A stretch of DNA of 8,661 bases from a virus (taxonomy: Duplodnaviria; Heunggongvirae; Uroviricota; Caudoviricetes): IMG/VR virus record IMGVR_UViG_2713897161_000004; one strand, given 5' to 3'. A program made the translations under genes and the position numbers. Every line of letters starts with the position of its first letter. Positions within the stretch are counted from its first letter, which is position 1. Of the stretch, positions 7,379-8,661 are shown piece by piece. The notes beneath the pieces were generated by a model. That model was given only the letters and a program-made list of their open reading frames with translations, made no database searches and was not told the DNA's origin.

Positions 7379-8661
7379 TCGGCGGCGAACAGCAAATTGC
7401 CGATTTACAACAGCAAGATAATCTTTATACCGTTGCGGAAATGTCGGCCGACGCGTGGACGGCTCGCGTCGTTGGCGTCGTTAAAAAAGCCTTGCACGTA
7501 CAAATAGATGGCTTAGAAACCGTGCTGGCTGCGATGTGTGAACCGCAAATTGCGATTGTCTCTCTGACAATCACCGAAAAAGGGTATTTCCACTCTCCGG
7601 CGACCGGACAGTTAATGCTCGATCACCCGATGGTCGCTGCCGACGTGCAAAATCCCCACCAGCCGAAAACAGCAACAGGGGTGATTGTTGAGGCGCTGGC
7701 TCGCCGTAAAGCGGCAGGACTTCCCGCATTTACCGTCATGTCATGTGACAACATGCCAGAAAACGGTCATGTTATGCGTGACGTTGTCACTTCCTACGCA
7801 CAAGCCGTTGATGTAAAACTGGCACAATGGATCGAAGATAACGTGACTTTCCCATCAACAATGGTGGACCGTATTGTGCCCGCAGTGACAGAGGATACGC
7901 TGGCGAAAATCGAACAACTTACCGGTGTGGGCGATCCTGCGGGCGTTGCCTGTGAACCTTTCCGCCAGTGGGTAATAGAAGATAACTTTGTTGCCGGACG
8001 TCCGGAATGGGAAAAAGCGGGAGCCGAACTGGTTAGCGATGTGCTGCCTTATGAAGAGATGAAGTTGCGCATGCTCAACGGCAGTCATTCATTCCTGGCG
8101 TATCTGGGGTATCTTGCAGGATATCAGCACATTAATGACTGTATGGAAGATGAACAATATCGTTATGCGGCGTATGGCTTGATGTTGCAGGAACAAGCGC
8201 CGACGTTGAAAGTGCAGGGCGTTGATTTGCAAGATTACGCTAACCGATTAATTGCACGCTATAGCAACCCGGCGTTACGTCATCGAACCTGGCAGATTGC
8301 GATGGATGGTAGCCAGAAATTGCCACAGCGGATGTTGGATTCTGTTCGCTGGCATCTGGCGCATGACAGCAAGTTCGATCTGCTGGCGCTGGGCGTCGCG
8401 GGTTGGATGCGTTATGTCGGTGGTGTTGATGAACAGGGAAATCCGATAGAAATCAGTGACCCACTGTTACCTGTTATTCAGAAGGCTGTACAAAGTAGTG
8501 ACGAAGGGAAAGCGCGCGTCCAGTCATTGCTGGCGATTAAGGCGATCTTTGGTGATGATTTGCCAGACAATAGTTTGTTTACTGCAAGAGTGACGGAAAC
8601 GTACTTGTCTTTATTAGCGCATGGCGCGAAAGCGACCGTGGCAAAATATTCCGTGAAGTAA
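7327..8661 (+). pseudogene. ydfI: Mannitol dehydrogenase family oxidoreductase (YdfI/UxuB-like), 5'-truncated: homology begins in-frame at about 7327, first available start is ATG 7441 (406-aa ORF), C-terminus complete
   Basis: ORF 7441..8661; in-frame upstream codons 7327-7440 read [38 protein letters not shown] with no start codon, and a TAA at 7291-7293 closes the frame. This matches the family region after the N-terminal NAD-binding motif (cf. UxuB ...DWGICEVNL...LYTVAE), so the Rossmann GxGxFxRAH segment is absent. Confidence 0.75.

Noticed and set aside
7855-8449. ORFs 7855..8088 (minus) and 8252..8449 (plus) inside the ydfI-like gene
   Set aside because: Shadow ORFs within a clearly homologous dehydrogenase frame.

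Overview
The window reads as a decayed lambdoid prophage segment (E. coli Qin-type by gene content), not as a novel system. All calls rest on reading the six-frame translations against remembered protein families; no database search was run. From left to right: (1) a partial IS26 copy (Tnp26 on the minus strand, terminal inverted repeat at 755-768) ending 27 bp upstream of a phage lysis cassette; (2) a phage-21-type lysis cassette on the plus strand: dual-start pinholin, a YdfR-like ORF of unknown function, a SAR endolysin split by a frameshift, and embedded Rz/Rz1 spanins; (3) an AT-rich cargo (moron) island carrying a CspA-family cold-shock gene (cspI-like), two small ORFs of unknown function and a GnsB-like gene; (4) a lambda-like cos site; (5) a terminase small subunit and a terminase large subunit that stops early and runs directly into a side-tail-fibre C-terminal fragment, with no head or tail genes between; (6) the tail-fibre fragment joins, in another frame, the interior of a host mannitol-dehydrogenase-family gene (ydfI-like) lacking its 5' end. 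No rRNA, tRNA or CRISPR array was seen. I found no supportable undescribed defence or other system; the best unknowns are the YdfR-like gene inside the lysis cassette, the two small ORFs in the moron island, and an orphan terminator downstream of cspI.
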